This document shows, one piece after another, positions 10,154-18,501 of a DNA stretch of 32,000 nucleotides. Every line of letters starts with the position of its first letter. Within the stretch, counting starts at the first letter, position 1. The notes beneath the pieces were generated by a model that was not told where the DNA came from, made no database searches, and saw nothing but the letters and a program-made list of their open reading frames with translations. The stretch is from Aliivibrio fischeri ES114. GTDB lineage: Bacteria > Pseudomonadota > Gammaproteobacteria > Enterobacterales > Vibrionaceae. The translations under genes were made by a program, and so were the position numbers. The stretch is taken from assembly GCF_000011805.1 (NCBI RefSeq), contig NC_006841.2; one strand, written 5' to 3'.

Positions 10154-11582
10154 ACACAACTTACAATGTGTTTGGTTCCGACACGATTTGCGAACCATTG
10201 ATAACCCAGCATTACAGGCTGCTGTTGATAATCAGCAGCCTACTTTTGCTCTATTTATTTATTCTGAATCTCAATGGAAAAAACACAATAAAGCGCCGAT
10301 TCAAATCGATTTAATCAAAAGGCGGTTAGTGGAATTAAAAAATGAATTAGAGCAACTCAATATTCCGTTGATCGTTATTTCTAGCCCTTTATTTTCAGAG
10401 ATACCAGCAAAGATAACAGCGCTATTTAACGAACTCAGTGTTAATGCATTATTTGCAAACAAAGAATACGAGCATGATGAACGACTTCGTGATACTCAAG
10501 TATACGAATCATTACTCAATACAAACTGCTATTTTTTCGACGCCAAATGCATACTACCCGTTGGTACTATCATTAATCGAACTCAGCAGCCTTATAAAGT
10601 GTTCACGCCATTTAAAAAAGCGTGGAAAGCCTCGTTTTATCAACAACAGCCACACATTACCAAAACCGGGAAATCCGTTCTGTGTGATCCCAAATTGATT
10701 AAAAAGCTATCCCTAAATAATGATGACTCTTTTGTTTTTTCATCTTCAAATGAAAGTGGAAGTTGGCCGGTTTCGACAAAAGCAATTATTGATATATTAC
10801 GTCAATTTTGCCGTCAAAAAGTAAGCCAATACCATAACAATCGAGATTATCCCGAGATACAAGGCACAAGTCAGTTATCCCCTTATTTGGCCATCGGCGC
10901 TATATCAGCAAAGCAATGCGCGTTGCGTTTACACTTAGAAGCGAATTATGAATTAAATCAAGGAGAAGACATTTGGCTTGATGAGTTAATATGGCGTGAA
11001 TTTTATACGCACCTACTTCATTTTTATCCTAATTTATCAAAAAACCAGGCATTTCTTTCTTATGATAAATACATTGAGTGGGATAACAACCTAGACCATT
11101 TTGAACGCTGGTGTAAAGGTGAAACGGGCTTCCCGATTGTTGATGCAGCAATGAAACAGTTAAATACCACAGGTTGGATGCATAACCGATTACGCATGAT
11201 CACCGCCAGTTTTCTAGTTAAAGATTTACACATTGATTGGCGTTGGGGCGAACAATACTTTATGTCAAAGTTAATTGATGGTGATTTTGCATCGAACAAT
11301 GGTGGTTGGCAATGGTGTGCGTCTGTTGGATGTGACAGTTCTCCTTACTTTCGCATCTTTAATCCAATAACTCAGGGGAAAAAGTTTGATGCAGATTGCA
11401 CCTTTATTAAGCATTGGCTTCCTGAATTAAAAGCGCTGAGCAACAAGGAAATTCACCATCCTAATCCTGCACCGTTATTGAAATCGGATAACTATCCTGA
11501 TCAAATTGTTGATCACGCTCAGCAAAGAATCAAAGTTATCGAGGTTTATAAGCAGGCAAAACAACTGGATATTGCAAGTTAA
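10143..11582 (+). CDS. phrB: Deoxyribodipyrimidine photolyase (class I CPD type)
   Basis: 479-aa ORF with the N-terminal photolyase domain (WFRHDLRTIDNPAL) and the FAD-binding domain (WREFY, TGFPIVDAAMKQL..TGWMHNRLRM, GGWQW). Confidence 0.9.
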   Translation: MDYKHNLQCVWFRHDLRTIDNPALQAAVDNQQPTFALFIYSESQWKKHNKAPIQIDLIKRRLVELKNELEQLNIPLIVISSPLFSEIPAKITALFNELSVNALFANKEYEHDERLRDTQVYESLLNTNCYFFDAKCILPVGTIINRTQQPYKVFTPFKKAWKASFYQQQPHITKTGKSVLCDPKLIKKLSLNNDDSFVFSSSNESGSWPVSTKAIIDILRQFCRQKVSQYHNNRDYPEIQGTSQLSPYLAIGAISAKQCALRLHLEANYELNQGEDIWLDELIWREFYTHLLHFYPNLSKNQAFLSYDKYIEWDNNLDHFERWCKGETGFPIVDAAMKQLNTTGWMHNRLRMITASFLVKDLHIDWRWGEQYFMSKLIDGDFASNNGGWQWCASVGCDSSPYFRIFNPITQGKKFDADCTFIKHWLPELKALSNKEIHHPNPAPLLKSDNYPDQIVDHAQQRIKVIEVYKQAKQLDIAS

Positions 11583-11596
11583 CCACGCTTGAGTAT

Positions 11597-11631
11597 GATT
11601 AATACATCTATTACTAAGAGATGTATTAATC
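11597..11631. repeat. Perfect 13-bp inverted repeat (hairpin) between phrB and the next gene
   Basis: gattaatacatct-attactaag-agatgtattaatc. It ends 1 nt before the ATG at 11633. No T-run follows. Confidence 0.6.
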
Positions 11632-11632
11632 G

Positions 11633-13486
11633 ATGCCTTTACCTTTTGTTCTCGCAGGTCCTATTGTTCGAAAATCCTCAGAAAGTGAAATTAATTTGTG
11701 GATTTCAACATCTCAACAATTAAATGGCAAAGTGCTCATTACTGTTAAAGGGCATCAACAATGCTTCGATATAACCCCATCGCAAGGCATCCAATTAGGA
11801 AACAACGCATGGGTTTATCTTTTACATTGCCAAGCCACATTCCCTGCAAACGAAGCTATCTCTTATGATATTGATACTCAATATGGATTGCTCTCAAAAC
11901 TATTACCTCATGCTCTGTATGATAATGAATCTTCATTTACACTCATCATCAAAAATACAGCCAACTACGTGTTACATGGCTCGTGCCGCAACCCACACTA
12001 TGCAAGTAAAGACAGTTTAGTTATTGCTAATCAACAACATCAAGCGCAGCAACCAGAAGAAAGAGCAAGCCTATTGATGATGAGTGGTGACCAAATCTAT
12101 GCCGATGATGTGGCAGGACCAATGCTTTACGCTATCCAGCAAGTGATACCTAAACTGGGTTTATTTGAAGAAACCTTGCCCCACTCTGAAATACAAAATT
12201 GCTCAGAGCTCTTTGTGCACCCTCATAATTTGTATCATAGAGATAAAATCCTACCTCATTACGTAGAGAAGAATAATTTTTTATCTCGCTGCAATTTGTA
12301 TCGCTCTCGTCCAATATTCAGTTCGACTAAGCATAAAAATCATTTAATAAGTATCTCTGAATTCTTTGTTATGTACTTATTAGTATGGTCTCCAACGCTT
12401 TGGGAAACGATTTCTTTACCAGAAAAACATCCTAATTTAGAGGGTAAATGGCAAAAGATGTGGCAACAAGAGAAACAACAAATTGATCTTTTTGTCGATG
12501 GACTAACTGATGCGCAGCAATTATTTGCGCACATACCGACTTATATGATTTTTGATGATCATGATGTTACTGACGATTGGAATCTAACCATTGGTTGGGA
12601 GAATGCCGTAAATAGCCACCCACTTGCCTCTCAAGTCATTGGTAATGGATTAATTAGCTACTTTCTCTGTCAAGGTTGGGGAAATAATCCAGAGCAGTTT
12701 GATGCTGAGTTTTTAGATGCATTTAGAGATCTTTTTTCTCAATATAACAACGAAGAACATCAAAAATTAATTTGGACTCTAACTCGCTTTGAACAATGGC
12801 ATTACTCAATCCATACCACTCCGAAAGTTGTGGTTCTGGATACTCGTACTCGTCGTTGGCGATCAGAATCAAATACCAATAAGCCTTCTGGATTAATGGA
12901 TTGGGAGGCTTTACTCGATTTACAACACGAGTTAATTGATCAAGAGTCGATCATTATTGTGTCAGCGGCACCCATTTTTGGGGTTAAATTTATAGAAGCA
13001 TTACAAAAAACCATGACATTACTAGGTCAACCTTTGGTTATTGATGCTGAAAACTGGATGGCACATCCAGGCTCTGCAAATACCTTACTGAGTATTTTAA
13101 CTCACCCTAAAACACCACAAAACTTTGTAATTCTATCTGGTGATGTGCACTACTCATTTGCCTACGATATTAATGTACGTCACAGCAAATCAAGCCCCGA
13201 TATTTACCAAATTACGTGCAGTGGATTCAAAAATGAATTCCCTAATGCTCTCTTACGTTTTTGTGATTTTATGGACCGTATTCTTTATAGTCCGCACTCA
13301 CCTTTAAACTGGTTTACAAAACGAAAAAATCTATTGGTATCAAAACGAGATCCATCAACATCAAATCAGCATAAGTTGATTAATCAAAGTGCGATTGGAG
13401 AGTTAAAGTTGGATAATAAAGGCAAGCCAACACAGATATCCATTCTGACTGCAGAAGGAAAATCTATCTCGTTCTTGCCTAAATAA
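11633..13486 (+). CDS. PhoD-like metallophosphatase family protein
   Basis: 617-aa ORF with metallophosphoesterase-type motifs SGDQIYADD, FDDHDVTDDWN and SGDVHYSF in PhoD-like order. No obvious signal peptide and no clear Shine-Dalgarno. Confidence 0.55.
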   Translation: MPLPFVLAGPIVRKSSESEINLWISTSQQLNGKVLITVKGHQQCFDITPSQGIQLGNNAWVYLLHCQATFPANEAISYDIDTQYGLLSKLLPHALYDNESSFTLIIKNTANYVLHGSCRNPHYASKDSLVIANQQHQAQQPEERASLLMMSGDQIYADDVAGPMLYAIQQVIPKLGLFEETLPHSEIQNCSELFVHPHNLYHRDKILPHYVEKNNFLSRCNLYRSRPIFSSTKHKNHLISISEFFVMYLLVWSPTLWETISLPEKHPNLEGKWQKMWQQEKQQIDLFVDGLTDAQQLFAHIPTYMIFDDHDVTDDWNLTIGWENAVNSHPLASQVIGNGLISYFLCQGWGNNPEQFDAEFLDAFRDLFSQYNNEEHQKLIWTLTRFEQWHYSIHTTPKVVVLDTRTRRWRSESNTNKPSGLMDWEALLDLQHELIDQESIIIVSAAPIFGVKFIEALQKTMTLLGQPLVIDAENWMAHPGSANTLLSILTHPKTPQNFVILSGDVHYSFAYDINVRHSKSSPDIYQITCSGFKNEFPNALLRFCDFMDRILYSPHSPLNWFTKRKNLLVSKRDPSTSNQHKLINQSAIGELKLDNKGKPTQISILTAEGKSISFLPK

Positions 13487-13511
13487 ACGCTAGAAAACTA
13501 GCTTGGGGAAA

Positions 13512-13649
13512 TTAATCGTTGAGTGTTGCGTCTAAGTCGCACTCAACTTCCATTGAATTATGGAAATACAGACCGGCTTCAATTGCATCTAGCCATTCTA
13601 ATTCCATCTCTTCACGATATTTTATTTTATCGAGATAATTATTACTCAT
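13512..13649 (-). CDS. Candidate 45-aa acidic small protein
   Basis: Not in the ORF track. Minus-strand ATG at 13649 with AAGGAA 7 nt upstream, reading [45 protein letters not shown]. No family recognised. Confidence 0.3.
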
Positions 13650-13763
13650 CTATCATTTCCTTATTTGAGTATATGAGTGTTCTGATTATACAAACCTGCT
13701 ATGACATTACTGTGACAGAGTTAAAACTACCATTCTGTAAATTTTAAATTCATTACACATACT

Positions 13764-13798
13764 GAGAATGATTCTTATTTATATTGATAATCATTTCC
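13764..13798. promoter_or_regulatory. Tandem Fur boxes upstream of the ChaN-family gene
   Basis: 13780-13798, tatattgataatcatttcc, matches 15/19 of GATAATGATAATCATTATC. 13764-13782, gagaatgattcttatttat, matches 12/19. Lies 44 nt upstream of the ATG at 13842. Confidence 0.65.
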
Positions 13799-13841
13799 AT
13801 TTAACCTAAGCTATAGGTTTGTTATCTAATGAATTCTTATT

Positions 13842-14789
13842 ATGAAATCCACACCACTACTGTCACTTATTTCATTACTGCTTTTGTCAGGATGTAGTCA
13901 AAACATTCACCAAAAGGCTGACGTTGAACCTTCTGTAGAGAGCTTTTACGATTACCAACTGCTTTCTCCTAGTAGTGACGTCATTGCCCTTACCTCTCTA
14001 CCTGATGAAATACGCAATGCTGATGTTGTTTTAATTGGTGAATGGCACACACATGCAGGTGTTCATCGTTTCCAAACGGATTTATTTAAACAATTAGTAC
14101 AGGAAAACCCAAATTTAGCGTTATCAATGGAACAATTTACCCGTGATAAACAAGATATTCTCACTCAATATCTCTCAGGGGAAATTGGTGAACAGACCTT
14201 AATGAAAGAAGCGAACGCTTGGCCAAATTATGAAAGTGATTACCGTCCGTTAGTTGAATTAGCCAAATTTTATCAACGTGATGTTATTGCATCAAACGCG
14301 CCAAAACCGATTGTAAAATGCATCGGTCAGCAAGGTATTGGTTATCTCGACAAACTCAATGACACCGAGCGTACATGGCTTGCCGCTAACATAGATACGG
14401 CTGATTCTGCATATAAAACGAAATTCTTTAATTCAATGCACCATGGAGATGAATCTCAAACCAAAAAACAGTATGCCGCTCAAATAACATGGGACGCAAC
14501 TATGGCTGAAAGCATTGTTAACTACATCGATCAGCACCCAAATTCACAAGTCGTGCATATTGCTGGTAAATTCCATATTGAAAACGGATTAGGTACTGCA
14601 GCGCAGATTCTAAAACTTAATCCAAACCTGAACGTGGTTGTAGTGACACCAACTGAAACGATAAGCCCAGAGAGTAAAGATTATCAATTAAAGGTATTAA
14701 CACCGCCTAAGCGTTTCGTTAAAAAAGAGAACATGATGAACGCTTATAAAGATCTAAAAAACCGTAACAAAGATCTGGTGTGTAAATAA
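13842..14789 (+). CDS. ChaN-family (haem/iron-associated, Tiki-superfamily) lipoprotein
   Basis: Lipobox LLLLSGC at the N-terminus. Has VVLIGEWHTH and later HIAGKFH motifs typical of ChaN-like proteins. Fur boxes upstream. Confidence 0.65.
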   Translation: MKSTPLLSLISLLLLSGCSQNIHQKADVEPSVESFYDYQLLSPSSDVIALTSLPDEIRNADVVLIGEWHTHAGVHRFQTDLFKQLVQENPNLALSMEQFTRDKQDILTQYLSGEIGEQTLMKEANAWPNYESDYRPLVELAKFYQRDVIASNAPKPIVKCIGQQGIGYLDKLNDTERTWLAANIDTADSAYKTKFFNSMHHGDESQTKKQYAAQITWDATMAESIVNYIDQHPNSQVVHIAGKFHIENGLGTAAQILKLNPNLNVVVVTPTETISPESKDYQLKVLTPPKRFVKKENMMNAYKDLKNRNKDLVCK

Positions 14790-14798
14790 TCATAAAAA

Positions 14799-14853
14799 AA
14801 ACCACCTACCTTTGACGGGGGAGTAAAAAGGTAAGTGGTTTTGGTATTTTTTT
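14799..14853. terminator. Bidirectional Rho-independent terminator between convergent genes
   Basis: aaccacctaccttt-gacgggggagtaa-aaaggtaagtggtt (one mismatch). Flanked by an A-run on the left and ttggtattttttt on the right. Confidence 0.8.
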
Positions 14854-14859
14854 AGTGCG

Positions 14860-15378
14860 CTATTTTCGGATAACAAGTACGACTTCCCCGACTTGTATTC
14901 CCCATTTATAAATGGCGGTTTGATTGATCACCACTGACTCTGATATTTGATAAATCCAATCATCAAATTCCACTTCATACTGTGAATCATCCACCTCCAA
15001 TACCATGGCATATTTCCAATGTAGCGCATTACCTGCACTCTCTCCGGTGGCTTGTTCAAGGATGTCATTGGCTTTTCCTGTATAGGTTTGGTTACCTAAA
15101 TCTTGAATAACCCAAGTGCGATTTTGTTTTTCGCCATCGTTAAATAAAAACTGTTCATCTAACGTTAATGTGTTTTCTTTCCAACTGGCTTGCAAATCAA
15201 CCGTGAATGTTCTTACTACTTTGCCATCAAATCCTTTTACTATTCCCTCTGCTTTTAAGTCACCTTGAAAAAACGCTTTCATTGAAAATGACGGGGTTAC
15301 TTCAGCGTAATCACTAATCTCTTGAGATGAACACCCCATTAAAACGAAACTGAGCAGCACAAAAATAAGCTTTTTCAT
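14860..15378 (-). CDS. DUF3833-like lipoprotein (lipocalin-like), last gene of the operon
   Basis: Start placed at MKKLIFVLLSFVLMGCSS (lipobox), giving a TAATG 1-nt overlap with the upstream gene. The ORF-track N-terminal extension is rejected. Confidence 0.6.
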   Translation of the reverse strand: MKKLIFVLLSFVLMGCSSQEISDYAEVTPSFSMKAFFQGDLKAEGIVKGFDGKVVRTFTVDLQASWKENTLTLDEQFLFNDGEKQNRTWVIQDLGNQTYTGKANDILEQATGESAGNALHWKYAMVLEVDDSQYEVEFDDWIYQISESVVINQTAIYKWGIQVGEVVLVIRK

Positions 15379-15881
15379 TACTCGGCTCCTATCAGTTCTA
15401 ATCGCAGGTCGGGATACGTTGTTTTTTCTGACACCCAAATATCCAAGAACAGCTGTGAGAAATCGGAATTTGCGATGCTTCCTATGGGTTTATTGTTTAA
15501 AAAGAATTCGTTGGTTCCGTTTTCATCAATAGTAAATACAAGTTTATCTTCTGGTTTCACATCAGGAAAAACGTTCTCTAATTGCTCTAACCAACTATTT
15601 AAGTCTGGATGGTTGATGGCTTGTTTTTGCCATTGCTCTTTTGTCGCTTTTATTAAGTTTTCTTTGGATATATTACGGTAATACTCGATTTCTAAGGCCT
15701 GTGGGTATTCACCATAAGTAAATTGACCTGATGAAGTAAAAAGTTGTGCCTGATAAACTGAAATGAGATACCAAGTTAATTCCGATTTACCGCTACTTTC
15801 TAACCCAGATAATGGCGCGGATTGAACACTACTTGTTATTAACAACCCCGCTAGAATGAGCATGTTGATTTGCTTCGCCAT
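15378..15881 (-). CDS. Secreted chalcone-isomerase-like family protein
   Basis: 167-aa ORF with signal peptide MAKQINMLILAGLLITSSVQSAP and a strong GGGGGAG Shine-Dalgarno. The family assignment rests on the recurring position of a CHI-like gene in this conserved cluster and on general sequence character. Confidence 0.5.
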   Translation of the reverse strand: MAKQINMLILAGLLITSSVQSAPLSGLESSGKSELTWYLISVYQAQLFTSSGQFTYGEYPQALEIEYYRNISKENLIKATKEQWQKQAINHPDLNSWLEQLENVFPDVKPEDKLVFTIDENGTNEFFLNNKPIGSIANSDFSQLFLDIWVSEKTTYPDLRLELIGAE

Positions 15882-16398
15882 GTGAACTCCCCCTTTCCTG
15901 TATTCTTTGATTTATTCGTTTCTGAATAATAATAAATACGGGTAAATTGACAGCCCAGATCACCGCAACAGCAAATAAAGTGATATTTAATGAATAGACA
16001 AACTCAACGCCGCCAAGTCGTTGTCCTGCGAGATAGTTTAAAGGCCCCGCAATGGCACCAAATAAAGAGATAGCGACGATATGAAAACGATTTAACCATT
16101 TCAAGCTGTGGTTTAAAGCAATAGAGAAGTGAGCCCAAATCATAATTAACCAAATAGGAATAATGGCATTATTGGCAAAAGAAAAGATATCGATTAACGA
16201 TAAGAAGGAATCACTAATAACACCAATAATACCAATAACCGTGATCATCATGGCATCTTGTTTTCGACTTGGTGATACCCACAAATGGATCAATACAGAA
16301 AGTAATAAAAAAGGAATGGCTTGCTGCTTGTAAATAATGGCAGCAAGCCAGGCAAGCTGAAACCACACGGCATTAATCAGAGGGAAATAACGTTGCAT
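15829..16398 (-). CDS. Integral membrane protein, DUF2878-like
   Basis: 189-aa ORF with about five hydrophobic helices. Its 3' end overlaps the next gene by 53 nt. Confidence 0.5.
   Translation of the reverse strand: MQRYFPLINAVWFQLAWLAAIIYKQQAIPFLLLSVLIHLWVSPSRKQDAMMITVIGIIGVISDSFLSLIDIFSFANNAIIPIWLIMIWAHFSIALNHSLKWLNRFHIVAISLFGAIAGPLNYLAGQRLGGVEFVYSLNITLFAVAVIWAVNLPVFIIIQKRINQRIQERGSSHGEANQHAHSSGVVNNK
15937..15963 (-). promoter_or_regulatory. Internal ECF-type promoter candidate P4, inside the DUF2878 CDS
   Basis: Minus strand GTGATCtgggctgtcaatttaccCGTA (GTGATC 15963-15958, 17 nt spacer, CGTA 15940-15937). About 55 nt upstream of the CHI-like start at 15881. Confidence 0.5.
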
Positions 16399-16483
16399 GG
16401 CAGCCTCCTAAACAATAATTTGCAAACATTAATCTATAAAAATCACTTGCAAAAAACTTTACTAACAATCTATATCAATGGAC

Positions 16484-17740
16484 TTAAACAACACCATGTT
16501 GTGGTTTTGCGGCAACAAGGTGAACAGTACTGATTTTTCTTTCAAGAAATCCACCCTCGCAATAACATAAATAGAATTTCCAAAGACGAATAAAGTCATC
16601 ACCATATCCCATCTCTTTTAACTCACCGGCAGATTTATCAAAACGTTGATACCAATGATTCAATGTTTTGGCGTAATCCAACCCAATATCATGCAATGAA
16701 GTGATCACCATATCCGTGTTCTCAGCCACTTTATTTGCCATGACACTCACTGAAGGTAAACACCCACCAGGGAAAATGTATCGCTGAATAAAATCAACAC
16801 TCTTACGGTATTTGTCATAACGTTGGTCAGAGATGGTAATTGCTTGAATAAGCATCTTTCCTTCCGGCTTTAAATGCTGGCTACACACATCAAAGAAAGT
16901 GCTTAAATATTCGTGTCCTACTGCTTCTATCATTTCAATCGACACTAACTTGTCGTATTGACCTTCTAACGTACGGTAATCTTGTTTTAACAAGGTAATT
17001 GAATCTTCCAAACCCAACTGTTTCACTCGCTGCTCGGCATACTCGTATTGAGCGTCTGATATGGTTGTGGTTGTGACTTTTACACCATAATTCTGTGCAG
17101 CATAAATGGCTAATGCTCCCCAGCCTGTTCCGATCTCAAGAAGAGTTTCACCGGGTTTTAGCTCCAAACGCTCACAAATGGTTTGTAACTTAAATAACTG
17201 AGCTTCTTCCAAATTGGCTTCTTGATGTGGATAAATGGCACTTGAATACAGCATTTCTTTATCAAGGAACGTTTTATACATTTCATTCCCTAAATCATAA
17301 TGAGCCAGTATGTTTTTCTTCGATCCATGCTCAGTATTTTTATTGCGTTTATGATTTAACAAATCAAAAAATTGGATAATTTTACTAAAACTGTTTTCAA
17401 CTCTGTCTAACACGCCCTGCTCACGACCTAACACTTGAATCACTTTGGTTAAGTTCGGACTTGTCCACCATCCAGCAACATAGGCTTCGCTGGCACCGAT
17501 ACCACCACCGAACAAAATTTTTCGATACGCTTGCGTATTATGAATCTCCACAACGGCTTCTAACGTTGCATCTGGATTTCCTAAAGTGACTTGGCCAATT
17601 GGATCGTAAATTGTTAAAGATGCTTGAGACATTTTTCCTAAGTAGTCAATTAACACCTTTCTTGCCAGACCATCAATCCAACTTACAGGTTCTACTTGTT
17701 GATTTTCTATCGAAACAGAATTGATTTGATTATTAGACAT
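16484..17740 (-). CDS. Cyclopropane-fatty-acyl-phospholipid synthase family SAM-dependent methyltransferase
   Basis: SAM motif LLEIGTGWGALA and CMAS-family C-terminal region (FIQRYIFPGG, YLCYCEGGF). Start placed at ATG 17740 (MSNNQ...), preceded by GGGGAA. Confidence 0.85.
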   Translation of the reverse strand: MSNNQINSVSIENQQVEPVSWIDGLARKVLIDYLGKMSQASLTIYDPIGQVTLGNPDATLEAVVEIHNTQAYRKILFGGGIGASEAYVAGWWTSPNLTKVIQVLGREQGVLDRVENSFSKIIQFFDLLNHKRNKNTEHGSKKNILAHYDLGNEMYKTFLDKEMLYSSAIYPHQEANLEEAQLFKLQTICERLELKPGETLLEIGTGWGALAIYAAQNYGVKVTTTTISDAQYEYAEQRVKQLGLEDSITLLKQDYRTLEGQYDKLVSIEMIEAVGHEYLSTFFDVCSQHLKPEGKMLIQAITISDQRYDKYRKSVDFIQRYIFPGGCLPSVSVMANKVAENTDMVITSLHDIGLDYAKTLNHWYQRFDKSAGELKEMGYGDDFIRLWKFYLCYCEGGFLERKISTVHLVAAKPQHGVV

Positions 17741-17748
17741 GGTTCCCC

Positions 17749-18501
17749 CTACTTTTCTGGATGAGGCACAAACGGTATTCGTTTTAAGCATAATTTCAGT
17801 GCCTGCCAGTAAATTCCATATACTATCTTTACGGTCATCATCGGAATTGAGATCACTTGTTGTTTAATATTTTTTGAATTAAACGGCTTTCTTGTCATCG
17901 AAATGGTCGCATCAAAGATTTTTTCTTGGTTTTTATCCAGACCACGATTTTCTAAATGCAATGAGAGGTGTTTATTGGGGGCTTTAACGAACCAATGATA
18001 TTTCATCTCTAAGTTTAAAAATGGCGAGACATGAAAAGCTTTATCAATGATTTTATCGGAATCCATTTCGATTAAATAATAATGGGTTTGATTCCATGGC
18101 GTATTACTCACTTCCGCTAACAAATAAGTCAATTGGTCATTTTTGTCGTAACAATAATACAAATTAATTGGACTAAAATAGACGCCAAAACAGCGTACTT
18201 GGCCAACAAATAAAACTCGTGTTTGAAGTGATAAACCACCAAGCTCTTCCACTTTATCCCACACCGCTTGTTTTAACGGTTGCTCTGCCTTACCAAGATA
18301 ATCTGAACGGCGAAATGACAACGGTGAAAAGCGATTTTTCCTAAACCACCCAACGGACTCTGTTTGCTCTAACTCATCAAGATCTAAAGCAATAAAAAAC
18401 ATTTCATAGCTAAAACTGTGCTCACGAGTTTGAAAACGGCGATGTCTAACATCACCGTGATAAATACAGGAATGGATCAAATCTGCTTGATGCACACTCA
18501 T
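17749..18501 (-). CDS. DUF1365 family protein
   Basis: N-terminus IYHGDVRHRRF..REHSFSYEMFFIALDLDEL is typical of DUF1365. Start at ATG 18501 gives an ATGA overlap with the upstream stop codon. Confidence 0.7.
   Translation of the reverse strand: MSVHQADLIHSCIYHGDVRHRRFQTREHSFSYEMFFIALDLDELEQTESVGWFRKNRFSPLSFRRSDYLGKAEQPLKQAVWDKVEELGGLSLQTRVLFVGQVRCFGVYFSPINLYYCYDKNDQLTYLLAEVSNTPWNQTHYYLIEMDSDKIIDKAFHVSPFLNLEMKYHWFVKAPNKHLSLHLENRGLDKNQEKIFDATISMTRKPFNSKNIKQQVISIPMMTVKIVYGIYWQALKLCLKRIPFVPHPEK
17830..17856 (-). promoter_or_regulatory. Internal ECF-type promoter candidate P5, inside the DUF1365 CDS
   Basis: Minus strand GTGATCtcaattccgatgatgacCGTA (GTGATC 17856-17851, 17 nt spacer, CGTA 17833-17830). 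About 90 nt upstream of the methyltransferase start at 17740. Confidence 0.5.

Noticed and set aside
13523-13747. 74-aa plus-strand ORF between the PhoD-like and ChaN-like genes.
   Set aside because: It has no RBS, an odd composition and no recognisable family. The opposite strand carries a shorter ORF with a proper Shine-Dalgarno, so the plus-strand ORF is more likely spurious.
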